Assembly (NCBI GenBank): GCA_020720625.1
Contig: DYOH01000005.1
Location: 12,943 to 76,942, forward strand
DNA: 64,000 bases
Direction of reading: 5' to 3'
From: Acetofilamentum sp.
Lineage (GTDB): Bacteria; Bacteroidota; Bacteroidia; Bacteroidales; DYOH01
Part shown: piece by piece, positions 1-10,873 of the stretch
How the letters are laid out: each line of letters starts with the position of its first letter
Numbering within the stretch: the first letter of the stretch is position 1
Made by a program: the position numbers and the translations under genes
Notes under the pieces: model-generated
Told to the model about the DNA's origin: nothing
What the model saw: only the letters and a program-made list of their open reading frames with translations
The model's database searches: none

Positions 1-177
1 CAAAATCATGAATCTGGCGTGCCTAATCATATAATACATAGTGTCGCCTCCTCTGTAGCGGAAAGCTATTAAGCCGGTAGAACTATATACCACCAGCAAG
101 GAAACCACGAAAAGAGCCACAACCACAAACCAAATATACTTGTCTCCTTTAAAATATGTATTGATAAAACTTTTCAT
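1..177 (-). CDS. ftsW: Cell division protein FtsW/RodA family, N-terminal fragment (runs off window edge)
   Basis: Not in the ORF track because it is under 60 aa. The reverse complement of 1-177 reads ATG at 175-177, then MKSFINTYFKGDKYIWFVVVALFVVSLLVVYSSTGLIAFRYRGGDTMYYMIRHARFMIL with no stop. It has a hydrophobic TM1 and sits immediately downstream of murD, the canonical dcw position. Confidence 0.7.
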   Translation of the reverse strand, partial: MKSFINTYFKGDKYIWFVVVALFVVSLLVVYSSTGLIAFRYRGGDTMYYMIRHARFMIL

Positions 178-209
178 TCATCCATTTTTTTAAAATATTC
201 TATTGAGGA

Positions 210-1550
210 TTACAATTTTCTAACAAAATCTTTAAATTGCCGTCCTCTGTCTTCGTAATTCATAAACAAATCGAAACTGGCACAAGCAGGCGAAAGCAAA
301 ACTGTTTCGCCTTTATTTGCCAGTAAAAAAGCTCCGTTCACGGCATCTTTCATGGTTCGTGCTTCGTAACATGGGACAATGTCACTGAATGCGTCGATTA
401 ATTTTTGGTTATCCAGGCCTAAACAAACAAGGGCCTTTACCTTTTTTCTTACCAATTCGCGGAGCGTATTATAGTCGTTACCTTTATCTATACCACCGGC
501 AATCCACACAGTAGCATTATTCATACTTTCAAGTGCATACCAGGTGGAATTTACATTAGTTGCTTTAGAATCGTTGATAAATAGTACATCTCTGATAAAC
601 AAGACAGGCTCTAATCGATGCTCTATTCCCTTAAAGTTCGTCAGCGATTGCCGAATTATCTCGTTTCTAATATCTAAAACCTGAGCAGATACTGCTGCGG
701 CCATTGAATTATAAATATTATGTTTTCCTTTGAGCGATAATTCATTAGCTCCAATTGACAATAATTCATCTTTTCCAAAAATTCTTAGTTCTTGTTCGTC
801 AACAAAAGCGTGCACTTGATTTTTTTCCTGAATGGAAAAACTGAGCATTTGACTTTTGATTGCATTTTCCTGAATATATTTTACAATCGCTTCATCATCA
901 ATATTGTAAATAAAATAATCAGTTTCATCCTGATTCATGGCAATTCGAAATTTGGAGCGCAGGTAATTATCAAACTGATAATTATATCTATCTAAATGAT
1001 CGGGAGTAACATTTAGCAAAATAGCCACATTCGGGCGAAAATCCCTAATTCCGTCGAGCTGGAAACTACTTAATTCCAAAACATAATAATCGAAATCGTC
1101 GTTGGCCACACTTAAAGCAAAACTATCTCCAACATTGCCAGCCATTCCAACATTAAATCCGGCATTTTTAAGAATATAAAAAACCAAATTGGTGGTAGTG
1201 GTTTTGCCATTGCTTCCAGTAATGGCAATAATGGTGGCCTGAGTAAAACGATAAGCAAATTCAATTTCAGAAATTACCGGAATATTTTTATCCAAAGCTG
1301 CCATTACAATTGGTGCTTTATCAGGAATACCCGGACTTTTTATTATTTCGTCGGCTAAAAGAATATGTTCAAAAGAATGTTTTCCCTCTTCAAAAGGAAT
1401 TCCGAGCGCAATAAGCTGTTGCTTAAATTCGGGCGCAATGGGAGAGAAATCGGATACAAAAACTTCGTAATCGTGCTTTTTGGCAAGAACAGCAGCACCA
1501 ATTCCGCTTCGACCTGCACCAAGAATAGCTATTTTGGTTTTAATATCCAT
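210..1550 (-). CDS. murD: UDP-N-acetylmuramoylalanine--D-glutamate ligase
   Basis: N-terminal Rossmann KIAILGAGRSGIGAA, Mur ligase P-loop ITGSNGKTTTT, and a dcw position between mraY and ftsW. Confidence 0.95.
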   Translation of the reverse strand: MDIKTKIAILGAGRSGIGAAVLAKKHDYEVFVSDFSPIAPEFKQQLIALGIPFEEGKHSFEHILLADEIIKSPGIPDKAPIVMAALDKNIPVISEIEFAYRFTQATIIAITGSNGKTTTTNLVFYILKNAGFNVGMAGNVGDSFALSVANDDFDYYVLELSSFQLDGIRDFRPNVAILLNVTPDHLDRYNYQFDNYLRSKFRIAMNQDETDYFIYNIDDEAIVKYIQENAIKSQMLSFSIQEKNQVHAFVDEQELRIFGKDELLSIGANELSLKGKHNIYNSMAAAVSAQVLDIRNEIIRQSLTNFKGIEHRLEPVLFIRDVLFINDSKATNVNSTWYALESMNNATVWIAGGIDKGNDYNTLRELVRKKVKALVCLGLDNQKLIDAFSDIVPCYEARTMKDAVNGAFLLANKGETVLLSPACASFDLFMNYEDRGRQFKDFVRKL

Positions 1551-2804
1551 TTATCTAAGTTTTAGAGTAACAATTGATAAAACAGCGAGCATAATGCCCA
1601 CAATTAAGAAACGAGTAACAATTTTTGGTTCAGGATATCCTAATTTTTGAAAATGATGGTGTAATGGCGACATCCGGAAAATTCTTCGTCCTTCTCCAAA
1701 TATCCGTTTGGTGTACTTAAAATAACTAACCTGCATCATTACCGAAAGACTTTCGACCAAAAATATTCCGCACAATACCGGAATTAAAAGTTCTTTACGA
1801 ACAATAATGGCCAAGACAGCAATTATTCCGCCCAACATAAGACTTCCGGTATCGCCCATAAAAACCTGAGCAGGATATGTATTGTACCACAAAAAACCAA
1901 TAGTAGCTCCAATGAGAGCACTTGCAAATATCACTAACTCGCCCGTGTAAGGTATATACATAATATTTAGGTAATCGGCAATAACAATATTGCCCGACAC
2001 ATAGGCGAAAAAGGCTAGCGTGAAGGCAATAATAGAAGAGGAACCAGCCGCTAATCCATCTAAACCATCGGTAAGATTGGCGCCGTTAGAAACTGCAGTA
2101 ATAATAAAAATAACCACCAGCACAAAAACCACCCAAGCCCATGATTGAGCTTTTTCGCCCATAAATCCTACTAAATATGCATAATCAAATTCATTATCTT
2201 TTACAAAAGGAATGGTGGTTTTGGTTGATTTCAATTCCACAAATTCGTAAGATTCTTTGTTTTCATCTATTTCGAAGGATTCTTTGTTTTCATCAATTTC
2301 GATATTCTGACTCTGTGTATATATTTTTTCTTTAATCACTGCATCATCGCTAAAATAAAGGGTAAGCGCAACAATAAGTCCAAGGGATACTTGTCCTAAT
2401 ATTTTTAACCTTCCTGATAGTCCCTCCTTATTTTTCTTAAACACCTTGATGTAATCATCTAAAAATCCGATGGAGCCTAACCAAATGGTTGTGGTTATCA
2501 TCAACAAAATGTATACGTTATCTAATTGTGCAAGCAATAATGTAGGTATTATGATGGATAAAATAATGATAATTCCGCCCATCGTGGGAGTTCCTTTTTT
2601 GGCATATTGTCCTTCTAAACCCAAATCGCGCACTGTTTCACCAATTTGTTTCTTCTGCAAAAAATCTATAATTCGCCTACCATATATAAGAGCAATAAGC
2701 AAAGACAGTAAAAACGAAACTGATGCCCTGAAAGAAATATACTTAAATACCCCTGCACCCGGAAAATCTATTGTATCTAAATATAAGAATAAATAGTATA
2801 ACAT
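1551..2804 (-). CDS. mraY: Phospho-N-acetylmuramoyl-pentapeptide transferase
   Basis: Polytopic membrane protein with [10 protein letters not shown] and VFMGDTGSL motifs, in the dcw position. Its start abuts the murD stop. It contains an in-frame 27-bp tandem duplication (listed as a repeat feature). Confidence 0.95.
   Translation of the reverse strand: MLYYLFLYLDTIDFPGAGVFKYISFRASVSFLLSLLIALIYGRRIIDFLQKKQIGETVRDLGLEGQYAKKGTPTMGGIIIILSIIIPTLLLAQLDNVYILLMITTTIWLGSIGFLDDYIKVFKKNKEGLSGRLKILGQVSLGLIVALTLYFSDDAVIKEKIYTQSQNIEIDENKESFEIDENKESYEFVELKSTKTTIPFVKDNEFDYAYLVGFMGEKAQSWAWVVFVLVVIFIITAVSNGANLTDGLDGLAAGSSSIIAFTLAFFAYVSGNIVIADYLNIMYIPYTGELVIFASALIGATIGFLWYNTYPAQVFMGDTGSLMLGGIIAVLAIIVRKELLIPVLCGIFLVESLSVMMQVSYFKYTKRIFGEGRRIFRMSPLHHHFQKLGYPEPKIVTRFLIVGIMLAVLSIVTLKLR
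2251..2304 (-). repeat. In-frame 27-bp tandem duplication inside mraY (2 units, 24/27 identical)
   Basis: Unit 2251-2277 is gattctttgttttcatctatttcgaag. Unit 2278-2304 is gattctttgttttcatcaatttcgata. Together they encode ..[19 protein letters not shown].. in a hydrophilic loop. Confidence 0.9.
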
Positions 2805-2808
2805 AAAT

Positions 2809-4272
2809 TTATATCTTCTTTATATTTTCTAATTCCATTACTAATTCCTTGTCGTTAAAGTGATGTTTCACCCCTTTAATCTCCTGATAATTCTCATGCC
2901 CTTTGCCCGCTATCAGAATAATATCGTTGGGCGCGGACATTGACAATGAAACCTTTATTGCTTCGGCGCGATTAGCGATTTTAAAAACATTTGTTCTTGC
3001 ATTCAGACCAATACCATTATATATATCATCCATAATTGCTTCAGGTTCTTCGGAACGAGGATTATCAGAAGTTATAATAATTTTGTCGGCATATTTTTGC
3101 ACAGCCTGCGCCATTTCGGGTCTCTTTGTTTTATCGCGGTCGCCCCCTGCACCAAATACTACAAAAATTTTGGTGTTTGATTTTCTGATAAGTGAAATAG
3201 TAGACAACACATTTTCAAGTGCATCGGGCGTATGAGCATAATCTATAATAACCATCTTTTTCGAAGGAGTAAAAATGGCATCAAAACGACCATTTACAGG
3301 CTTTAAAAGACTAATATGTGTAATTATAGTATCTTTTTTAAACCCTAAGAGAAGTGCTGTGGCGTAAACAGCCAGAATATTGGACGCATTAAACTGTCCC
3401 ACAAATTGTGTCCATAGTTCCACTCCATCGATAGTCATTTGTGTGCCATGAAAATCGAATTCCAGTACCTTTGCCATAAAGGATGCCATGTTCTTAAGTG
3501 CAAATGATTTCTTTTGTGCTTTTGTATTTTGTAGCATAAAAGATCCATTTTTATCATCGAGATTAATTAGTGCAAAAGCATCATTCCCAAGCCCATCAAA
3601 AAACTTTTTCTTTGCATCGCGGTAATTTGCAAAAGTTAAGTGGTAATCTAAATGGTCGTGGGTAAGATTGGTGAATACCGCCCCTCGAAATTTCAAACCG
3701 GCAATTCGTGATTGCTCAGCAGCATGAGAACTCACTTCCATAAAAGCATACTCGCAGCCTTGCTGAACCATTTTACTCAAATAATCGTTTATTTGAATAG
3801 CGTCGGGTGTGGTATGGGTGGCTTCTATTTCTGTTTCATTTATCATTACTTTTATTGTAGACAATAAGCCGGCTTTAATACCCATATTGCTTACCAAGGT
3901 GTACAATAAAGTGGCAATACTTGTTTTGCCATTGGTGCCGGTAATTCCAACCAAGCTGATTTTAGCTGATGGAAAATCGAAAAACGCCGAAGACAATTTT
4001 CCCAATGCTACTGCCGGGTTTATCACCTGAATGTAGACTATTGAATCAAGCATTTTGGGCGGTATGTTTTCGCAAACAACAACACTCGCCCCATTTTTTA
4101 TGGCAGCATCTATATAATCGTGGCCATCTGCCTGAGTACCTTTTTGAGCTACAAACAAAGTATTGGCCGCACACTTGCGCGAATCGATTGCTAATGCACT
4201 AATAGTGCGATTAGTATCTCCCTTTATATACAAGTAATTAATTTCCTTAATTAAATTATCTAAGTTTTTCAT
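2809..4272 (-). CDS. murE: UDP-N-acetylmuramoyl-tripeptide synthetase (meso-DAP/Lys-adding Mur ligase)
   Basis: Mur ligase P-loop [21 protein letters not shown], and C-terminal AGKGHE. The ORF track starts at 4350. I prefer the ATG at 4272 ([11 protein letters not shown]..), which cuts the overlap with ftsI to 17 nt. Confidence 0.92.
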   Translation of the reverse strand: MKNLDNLIKEINYLYIKGDTNRTISALAIDSRKCAANTLFVAQKGTQADGHDYIDAAIKNGASVVVCENIPPKMLDSIVYIQVINPAVALGKLSSAFFDFPSAKISLVGITGTNGKTSIATLLYTLVSNMGIKAGLLSTIKVMINETEIEATHTTPDAIQINDYLSKMVQQGCEYAFMEVSSHAAEQSRIAGLKFRGAVFTNLTHDHLDYHLTFANYRDAKKKFFDGLGNDAFALINLDDKNGSFMLQNTKAQKKSFALKNMASFMAKVLEFDFHGTQMTIDGVELWTQFVGQFNASNILAVYATALLLGFKKDTIITHISLLKPVNGRFDAIFTPSKKMVIIDYAHTPDALENVLSTISLIRKSNTKIFVVFGAGGDRDKTKRPEMAQAVQKYADKIIITSDNPRSEEPEAIMDDIYNGIGLNARTNVFKIANRAEAIKVSLSMSAPNDIILIAGKGHENYQEIKGVKHHFNDKELVMELENIKKI

Positions 4273-6433
4273 TTGCTGCAATTTGTACATTATTTTCTGA
4301 ACTTGCGGTATTTGCAGTTGTCCCCCCCAAATACAAAACAATGGTGGCATCTTTATTCAGTCTGCTGCCGGGAGCTATGCTTTGTGCCGAAACAGCTCCT
4401 TTTCCTTTTAATTTTACATTTACGCCTAAATTCTCGAGTATATATACTGCATCTTTTACATTCATTTCCAATACATTAGGAATTAGGTTACGTGAAATCA
4501 TGCGGTCTTGGCATTCAATATGTTTTTCTTTTTTAGATGTAACTACCCAATCTGATTTTAGCTCGTTATAGTATTGTAGAGGAATATTCAGTTTTCTTAA
4601 AACAAGCTGCAAATCATTTAAACTTCCGTTTTTGGTATAAGGAACAGACGAAATTCTGTATTTATCTGCCAATTCAAGATTTGGTGTAAGGTTATAGTTA
4701 GTGGCATACACTTTATTGGCAATTTCGCCAAAAACAGGCCCCGCCACAATACCTCCATAATATCCCAGACTTTCTGGGTCACTAATCATCACCATACAAG
4801 AATACTGGGGATTATCTGCGGGGAAATATCCCACAAAGGATGCTTTATATCTATTTACATACTGCTTTGTTTTGGGGTCGAAAATTTTAGCCGTACCGGT
4901 TTTTCCAGCAATCTTAAAATTTGGATTTTTCAGACCACTCGCTGTACCCTCTTCAATTACACCTTCGAGCATAATTCGCACCTTCTTTAAAGTTTCTTCG
5001 GAGCAAATAGAAGGCGTAATAACCTCTGTTTTAACTTCCGATAAAACTCTGCCATGTTTAGTAAAACTAGTAACAAATCTAGGCTTCACCATTTTACCAT
5101 TATTTGCCACTGCATTGTACAAAGTAAGAATTTGCAATGGGGTAAGCTTCAATTCATAGCCTAATGCCATTTGGTGCAGCGAGATTTCTGACCAATGCTT
5201 GTCGCCAGGATATTTGATAAAAGGTTTACCTTCGCCATTCATGGTAATATTATGTGGTTTATTTAAACCCAGACTATACAAACGCTCCACAAATCTGTCG
5301 GGCTGATTTCTGTAATACTTATCAACAACAGTGGCAATTCCGACATTTGAAGAAACCTCGAAAATTTTTTGAAAACTGATTTTACCATACCCGCCTTCTT
5401 TCACATCGCGAATCATAAAATCAAAAAACTTACGGGTTCCGTCACCGGTATTAATTGTATCGTAAATATCAATAAAGCCATCTTCGAACAAAGCAATGGC
5501 AGTAGCCAATTTAAATGTGGAGCCAGGCTCGCTGCTTTCTCCCACGGCATAGTTATAACTTTCGTAATAATTTCCGTCGTTTTCTCGTTTTAGATTTGCA
5601 ATAGCCTTAATATCACCTGTTTTTACCTCCATTAAAATTGCAGTACCATGATGTGCACCATATTTTTTTAACTGACGATGCAATGCGTTATGCGCAACAT
5701 CTTGCAATGAAATATTGATGGTGCTTACAATATTATAGCCATCTATGCGCTCTACTTCATTTTCGGAATTCATATCCATCCAAAGGTCGCCGGCAACTTT
5801 TCGCATAAGTTTTAAGCCATCGCGCCCCTTTAACTCTGTGTTAAATGCACCTTCCAGACCCACAATATTTCCGCCCGGACTTTGAGTTACATAGCCAATA
5901 GTTCTGCTGGCCATTTGCGAAAAAGGTTTTAATCTCACGTTTGTTTGTTCTACAATTAAACCACCCTTAAATCGTCCACGATTAAAAATTGGCAATTTTT
6001 TGAGCTCTTGTAGTTCGTAGTAATTTATTCTTTTTCTAATCAACACATATCTGCTTTTCTTTTGACGCTCTTTTTTAAGATACTGAGAATACTCTTTGGC
6101 CGTTTTGTTTCCAAATAATTTATGCAATCCAATCGACAAAGAATCTAAATGTTGAGAAAAAATGTCATCGGTTACTCCTTGCGCAATTGGATCGAAATAT
6201 ATATCATAATATGGTACAGATGTAGCCAATACTTCCAGGTTATCGGCATATATATCACCCCTTAAGGCTGGGAAATACAAATCCTTTTGTGATAATCTGG
6301 TAGCATAAACTTCCCATTTATCGCCTTGCCAAAGTTGCAGGTATAAAACCCGAAACACAATTAGCATCGCCAAAAATAAGACGAGCAGGTACACACCTGT
6401 CAATCTAGCTACTATACTATTCTTTATGCTCAC
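4256..6433 (-). CDS. ftsI: Class B penicillin-binding protein (FtsI/PBP3-like transpeptidase) with C-terminal PASTA-like domain
   Basis: N-terminal TM anchor; SxxK (GSTFK), SxN (SSN) and KTG (GKTGTA) motifs; a C-terminal ~60-aa PASTA-like module (NVKDAVYILENLGVNVKLKGKG); dcw position. Confidence 0.9.
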   Translation of the reverse strand: MSIKNSIVARLTGVYLLVLFLAMLIVFRVLYLQLWQGDKWEVYATRLSQKDLYFPALRGDIYADNLEVLATSVPYYDIYFDPIAQGVTDDIFSQHLDSLSIGLHKLFGNKTAKEYSQYLKKERQKKSRYVLIRKRINYYELQELKKLPIFNRGRFKGGLIVEQTNVRLKPFSQMASRTIGYVTQSPGGNIVGLEGAFNTELKGRDGLKLMRKVAGDLWMDMNSENEVERIDGYNIVSTINISLQDVAHNALHRQLKKYGAHHGTAILMEVKTGDIKAIANLKRENDGNYYESYNYAVGESSEPGSTFKLATAIALFEDGFIDIYDTINTGDGTRKFFDFMIRDVKEGGYGKISFQKIFEVSSNVGIATVVDKYYRNQPDRFVERLYSLGLNKPHNITMNGEGKPFIKYPGDKHWSEISLHQMALGYELKLTPLQILTLYNAVANNGKMVKPRFVTSFTKHGRVLSEVKTEVITPSICSEETLKKVRIMLEGVIEEGTASGLKNPNFKIAGKTGTAKIFDPKTKQYVNRYKASFVGYFPADNPQYSCMVMISDPESLGYYGGIVAGPVFGEIANKVYATNYNLTPNLELADKYRISSVPYTKNGSLNDLQLVLRKLNIPLQYYNELKSDWVVTSKKEKHIECQDRMISRNLIPNVLEMNVKDAVYILENLGVNVKLKGKGAVSAQSIAPGSRLNKDATIVLYLGGTTANTASSENNVQIAANEKLR

Positions 6434-6785
6434 TTTTTTTATTCTCCAATATTATTTTTACCGGAGGTTTTGTGGCGTCCATTAGCCCAATACCTCTTTC
6501 TTCAACCATTTTACTAATTTCAGAAGGCTTGCTCATTAACATTAATTCGGATGCAAATGAAATAGACTTTTCTCGCAATTCTCTGATTTCTTTTTGTAGA
6601 TTATTAATTTGCAGTGCATTTTTCTCAGCTTCGTATTGGTTTGAGATATAAATAAATGCCATTGCTATGAGCAAAAGAATATAGGGAATCTCTTTTACGA
6701 AATTTATTCCTTCGAACAAAGTTCCATCAAAGATTTTCTTTAATCCCATGAGGCTAATAGGCCATTTTATTCTTTTCATTTTCAT
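6417..6785 (-). CDS. FtsL-like small bitopic cell-division protein
   Basis: 122 aa with one TM (IPYILLLIAMAFIYI) followed by a coiled coil. It lies between rsmH and ftsI, with an ATGA overlap onto the rsmH stop. The call rests on position and architecture. Confidence 0.6.
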   Translation of the reverse strand: MKMKRIKWPISLMGLKKIFDGTLFEGINFVKEIPYILLLIAMAFIYISNQYEAEKNALQINNLQKEIRELREKSISFASELMLMSKPSEISKMVEERGIGLMDATKPPVKIILENKKSEHKE

Positions 6786-7684
6786 AGTTTTTCTGCAATT
6801 CTAAGTTTAGCACTTCTGGCCCGAGAATTAAGTTTAATTTCTGGCTCAGAAGGGGTAATTACTTTCTTGTTTATCAGACTAAAAACACTTTTTTTTGTTC
6901 CATAAATAAAATCGGCAGTATCGTCGTCGGAAAAATCACCATTTTTAAAAAAGTTTTTCACTAATCTATCCTCCAGAGAATGATAGGTAATAATTACCAG
7001 CCTTCCTCCAGGTTTTAAAGCTTTTGAAGTGGAGATTAAAAATTGCTTAAGCGACTCTAGTTCTTCGTTAACCTCGATTCTTAAGGCTTGAAAAACCTGC
7101 GCATAAAACTTATTGGCAAATTTTGGCGGTGTAAAGCTTTGGAGCACCGACACTAACTCAGATGTAGTATTTATAGTGGAAATGTTTCTTTTTTGAACAA
7201 TTGCCTTTGCCACTTTGAAAGCGCTTGAAATTTCGCCATATTCTTTCAAAATAAAGGATAGTTTTTCTTCATTATACTCATTAATAATATGCTTAGCGGT
7301 AATATTTTGCTGCTGATTCATTCGCATATCCAATGGAGCATCAAATCGAAAAGCAAAGCCCCTTTGCTGCTCGTCGATATGGTGCGAAGAAATACCCAAA
7401 TCGGCTAAAATACCATCCACTTGTTCCAGGCCATAATATCTTAGAAAATTTAGTAAAAAACTATAATTATGGTTGGCAAAATAAAACCTTTCGTCCGACC
7501 ATTCGGGAATTGCATCGAAATCTCTGTCGAAAGCCAATAATTTGCCAGAGGTAAGTTGCCCAAAAATTTTGTGCGCATGGCCACCACCGCCAAAAGTCGC
7601 ATCTACATAAACGCCTTCGGGTCTAATATTTAGTCCATTAATGCTTTCTTCGAGCAAAACCGGTATGTGATAAGGAGTTGTCAT
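6782..7684 (-). CDS. rsmH: 16S rRNA (cytosine1402-N4)-methyltransferase
   Basis: HIPVLLEE, DATFGGGGHA and DLGISSHH motifs; directly downstream of mraZ. Confidence 0.95.
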   Translation of the reverse strand: MTTPYHIPVLLEESINGLNIRPEGVYVDATFGGGGHAHKIFGQLTSGKLLAFDRDFDAIPEWSDERFYFANHNYSFLLNFLRYYGLEQVDGILADLGISSHHIDEQQRGFAFRFDAPLDMRMNQQQNITAKHIINEYNEEKLSFILKEYGEISSAFKVAKAIVQKRNISTINTTSELVSVLQSFTPPKFANKFYAQVFQALRIEVNEELESLKQFLISTSKALKPGGRLVIITYHSLEDRLVKNFFKNGDFSDDDTADFIYGTKKSVFSLINKKVITPSEPEIKLNSRARSAKLRIAEKL

Positions 7685-7690
7685 ATTACT

Positions 7691-8161
7691 TTATTGCAAA
7701 AAATCGAGATTTTCACTACCTAATATATTCTGAGCTAATTCGGCAAAATCTTCGTCTTCTTTCGTAGCATTTTCGTCTAAAAATTCCTTGGTCCAGATTT
7801 CGAGTTTTGTATCTAACCCTATAATAACCAAATCTTTGTCGGCAGAAATTTCATCGAGCAATCTTTTTGGCAAAAGCATCCTGTTGCTAGCATCGAGTTC
7901 AACTTCGGCAGTTGATCGAAAAAATCCTCTTAGAAACCTATTATGGTCTTGATTGTAAGGATTTAGCTTTTTTCTTAGAAATTCCACCTGACGTTCCCAT
8001 TCGTGGTATGGATATAAGACAAGGCAAGATTCAAAAATGTCTTTTTTTAGCACAAATCTCTCGCTTGCTGTTGTCGGAAGCTGCTTTTTAAAGGCTGCCG
8101 GAAACAGAATTCGACCTTTAGGGTCTAATTTACAAGATATTTCTCCAATAAAACTTGCCAT
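7691..8161 (-). CDS. mraZ: Transcriptional regulator MraZ
   Basis: FIGEISCKLDPKGRILFPAAF, plus a second SpoVT/AbrB-like half (LDASNRMLLPKRL). It is the first gene of the dcw cluster. Confidence 0.93.
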   Translation of the reverse strand: MASFIGEISCKLDPKGRILFPAAFKKQLPTTASERFVLKKDIFESCLVLYPYHEWERQVEFLRKKLNPYNQDHNRFLRGFFRSTAEVELDASNRMLLPKRLLDEISADKDLVIIGLDTKLEIWTKEFLDENATKEDEDFAELAQNILGSENLDFLQ

Positions 8162-8203
8162 CTAAAATCTTATGATTCACAGATGTAAAATTATAAAAAA
8201 ATT

Positions 8204-8233
8204 TCCACTTTTATCCACTTTTACCCACTTTTT
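8204..8233 (-). promoter_or_regulatory. Candidate MraZ operator: three direct AAAGTGG-type repeats at exact 10-bp spacing upstream of mraZ
   Basis: The plus strand has CCACTTT at 8205, 8215 and 8225. The minus strand reads GTGGGTAAAAGTGGATAAAAGTGGAAA. The repeats lie 44-70 nt upstream of the mraZ ATG. A near -7 box, TAATTTTA (plus 8186-8193), sits between the repeats and the ATG. Confidence 0.55.
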
Positions 8234-8765
8234 TACACCATTATATATAAATGTTGATAATTTCTTCCATAACCAATATAAATCACTATATAACAAACAC
8301 TTACAAGTAATAAAAAAAACAGTAAAAAATACACCTTCTATCTGATTTTTCAGTTGAAACAAAAAGATTATGAGATTATTAACAAATGCAAAAAAGTTTA
8401 ACATCTTATATATTAATGTTCCCAACCGATGGCTGAGAAAAACAAAAATACAAGTCAGGAATAGTAAAATAGGCCAAAATACTGATTTTTAAGGATACCA
8501 AATTTGTGGATAAACCCATGATAGTAGAAAAATTTATCTGATTTATTATATCGAAACATAAAATTCTGCTCAAAGCATTAAATAATTTTGGAGCAAAAAA
8601 ATCATTTTTTTGATTTTTTTTTCATTCTCTAAAAAATTTCCAATGGAAATACTAAATTTGTAATCAATTTGAAAAACTCGTAACTTAGTTGCCAATAAAA
8701 AAGCACATACAAGGTAAAACTAAACGCAAAAGTTAAAAATTTGCAAATAAAAATAGGAAAAAAGT

Positions 8766-9320
8766 ATGTTTCCAATCAGCCTAAACATGAGTTTAAAGAT
8801 TTACTCAAGAGATTACAATTTCTTTAGGGAAAATCTAATGAAGAAAATACAAGAAGAATTTATAGACCAAACAAGCCTTAGCATTCAGAACACAGACCAA
8901 GGTCAGATAGTAGAAGGAGCATACGGACGCTTTACATGGAAGGGTTTTCATTTTTTTAACGGAATATCGAAGGCACATTTTAAGATAGAAGAAAAATCTT
9001 TTGGCATAAGCGTTGATTCGAAACTATATTTTTTCGAAGCCTTCTTTATAGCGGTAATTTTTAGTATCATCCCAATTTTTACATCACCCGAGTTAAAATT
9101 GCACCTACAAGACCAAAGTTATTCGGTTTTAATACTTCTCATTTTGTTAATATGGCCAGCATTTTATTTCGGAAATATGATGATAAGTGCCCTAAGAGTG
9201 CAGATTTTTTTAAAGAAACATATAAAAAAAATCGTTGATGAAGAAAGAAATAATATTCTGAATAAAAAAATAGAAGAATTAAAAACACTCAACAGCAAAT
9301 TACAACAAACAGCAATATAA
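8766..9320 (+). CDS. Hypothetical membrane protein (two central TM helices, C-terminal coiled coil)
   Basis: 184-aa ORF ending 21 nt upstream of cysS on the same strand. I recognise no motif. The start is uncertain; MKKIQEE at codon 25 is an alternative. Confidence 0.5.
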   Translation: MFPISLNMSLKIYSRDYNFFRENLMKKIQEEFIDQTSLSIQNTDQGQIVEGAYGRFTWKGFHFFNGISKAHFKIEEKSFGISVDSKLYFFEAFFIAVIFSIIPIFTSPELKLHLQDQSYSVLILLILLIWPAFYFGNMMISALRVQIFLKKHIKKIVDEERNNILNKKIEELKTLNSKLQQTAI

Positions 9321-9341
9321 ATATACAGACGAAACACAACA

Positions 9342-10811
9342 ATGGAAAAATTGTTTATTTACAACACAGCATCACGAAAAAAGGAAGAATTTATAGCACA
9401 GGTTGAAAACCATGCAGGAATGTATGTTTGTGGACCAACCGTTTATGGAGATGCCCATCTTGGACACTCACGGCCGGCTATTACCTTTGATCTGCTTTTC
9501 AGATACTTAACCTATATCGGATATAAAGTAAGATATGTGAGAAACATTACAGATGTAGGACATTTAGAAAACGATGCGGATGAGGGCGAAGATAAAATTG
9601 GAAAAAAAGCCAGGATAGCGCAATTAGAGCCAATGGAAGTTGTACAATATTATACAAACCGATATCGCGAAAATATGCGACAACTGAATGTTTTACCTCC
9701 GAGTATCGAACCACAGGCAAGCGGACATATAATTGAGCAACAAGCTATGGTAGATCAAATTCTGAAAACTGGCTTTGCCTACGAGGTAAATGGTTCTGTA
9801 TATTTTGATGTGGAGAAATACAATACAAAATATCATTACGGAAAATTAAGCGGGAGAGTATTAGAAGATTTATACAGCACAACCCGCGAATTAGATGGGC
9901 AATCGGAAAAGAAAAACAGTTTTGATTTTGCGCTATGGAAAAAAGCCAATCCGGAGCATATTATGCAATGGCCATCGAAATGGAGCGAAGGTTTTCCTGG
10001 ATGGCATCTTGAATGTAGTGTAATGAGCACCAAATATCTTGGCGAAGTGTTTGATATTCACGGAGGTGGATTAGACTTAATGTTTCCACACCACGAGTGC
10101 GAAATTGCGCAATCTGTGGCGGCAAATGGGCACGAATCGGTTAAATACTGGATGCACAACAATATGATAACCATCAATGGTCAAAAAATGGGGAAATCAT
10201 TGGGAAATTTTATAACCCTCGACGAACTTTTTTCCGGCTCTCACCAATTACTCGAAAAGACATATCACCCCATGACCATTCGTTTTTTTATTTTACAGGC
10301 TCATTATAGAAATCCGCTCGATTTTTCAAACGAAGCACTGCAAGCTGCCGAAAAAGGATTAGATAGATTATTTAATGCGCTAAAAACGCTACATAAAATT
10401 TCAGAAAACGGAACAAGTTCGGCGTTTGATATAAAAAAATGGCGGGATAAATGCTTCGATGCAATAAACGACGATTTAAACACACCCATTTTAATTGCCC
10501 ATTTATTTGATGCCGTTAAATTTATTAATTCGGTAGCGGCCGGAAGTGCACAAATAACGGGTGATGATTTGATATTACTCAGAAAACTAATGAACGATAT
10601 TATTTTTTCAATTCTTGGACTGAAAAATACTAGTGAAAATACAGCCCTCGACGAGAAATTCGACGATGTAGTTAGTCTGCTATTAGAGATAAGGCAAGAA
10701 GCAAAGAAAGATAAAAACTGGTCGTTGGCAGATAAAATAAGAGATGAGCTTTTGGAAAGAGGCATTGTAATAAAAGATACCAAGGATGGATACGAATGGT
10801 CTTTTAAATAA
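9342..10811 (+). CDS. cysS: Cysteine--tRNA ligase
   Basis: Class I aaRS HIGH variant ([10 protein letters not shown]), KMSKS variant (KMGKSLGN), and zinc-binding C/H context (WHLECS, HHECE). Confidence 0.96.
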   Translation: MEKLFIYNTASRKKEEFIAQVENHAGMYVCGPTVYGDAHLGHSRPAITFDLLFRYLTYIGYKVRYVRNITDVGHLENDADEGEDKIGKKARIAQLEPMEVVQYYTNRYRENMRQLNVLPPSIEPQASGHIIEQQAMVDQILKTGFAYEVNGSVYFDVEKYNTKYHYGKLSGRVLEDLYSTTRELDGQSEKKNSFDFALWKKANPEHIMQWPSKWSEGFPGWHLECSVMSTKYLGEVFDIHGGGLDLMFPHHECEIAQSVAANGHESVKYWMHNNMITINGQKMGKSLGNFITLDELFSGSHQLLEKTYHPMTIRFFILQAHYRNPLDFSNEALQAAEKGLDRLFNALKTLHKISENGTSSAFDIKKWRDKCFDAINDDLNTPILIAHLFDAVKFINSVAAGSAQITGDDLILLRKLMNDIIFSILGLKNTSENTALDEKFDDVVSLLLEIRQEAKKDKNWSLADKIRDELLERGIVIKDTKDGYEWSFK

Positions 10812-10836
10812 TTCCAAATTATTATTTTGATATGAA

Positions 10837-10873
10837 ACTTGCTCCGAACATTATTCCGGGCAAGTTTTTTTTT
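10837..10873 (+). terminator. Rho-independent terminator after cysS
   Basis: ACTTGC(TC)...(GG)GCAAGT stem followed by a 9-T run (10865-10873), 26 nt after the cysS stop. Confidence 0.6.

Noticed and set aside
8177-8425. 82-aa minus-strand ORF upstream of mraZ.
   Set aside because: It spans the mraZ promoter and MraZ-box repeats, has odd composition and no recognisable features, and would displace the expected dcw promoter. I treat it as non-coding.
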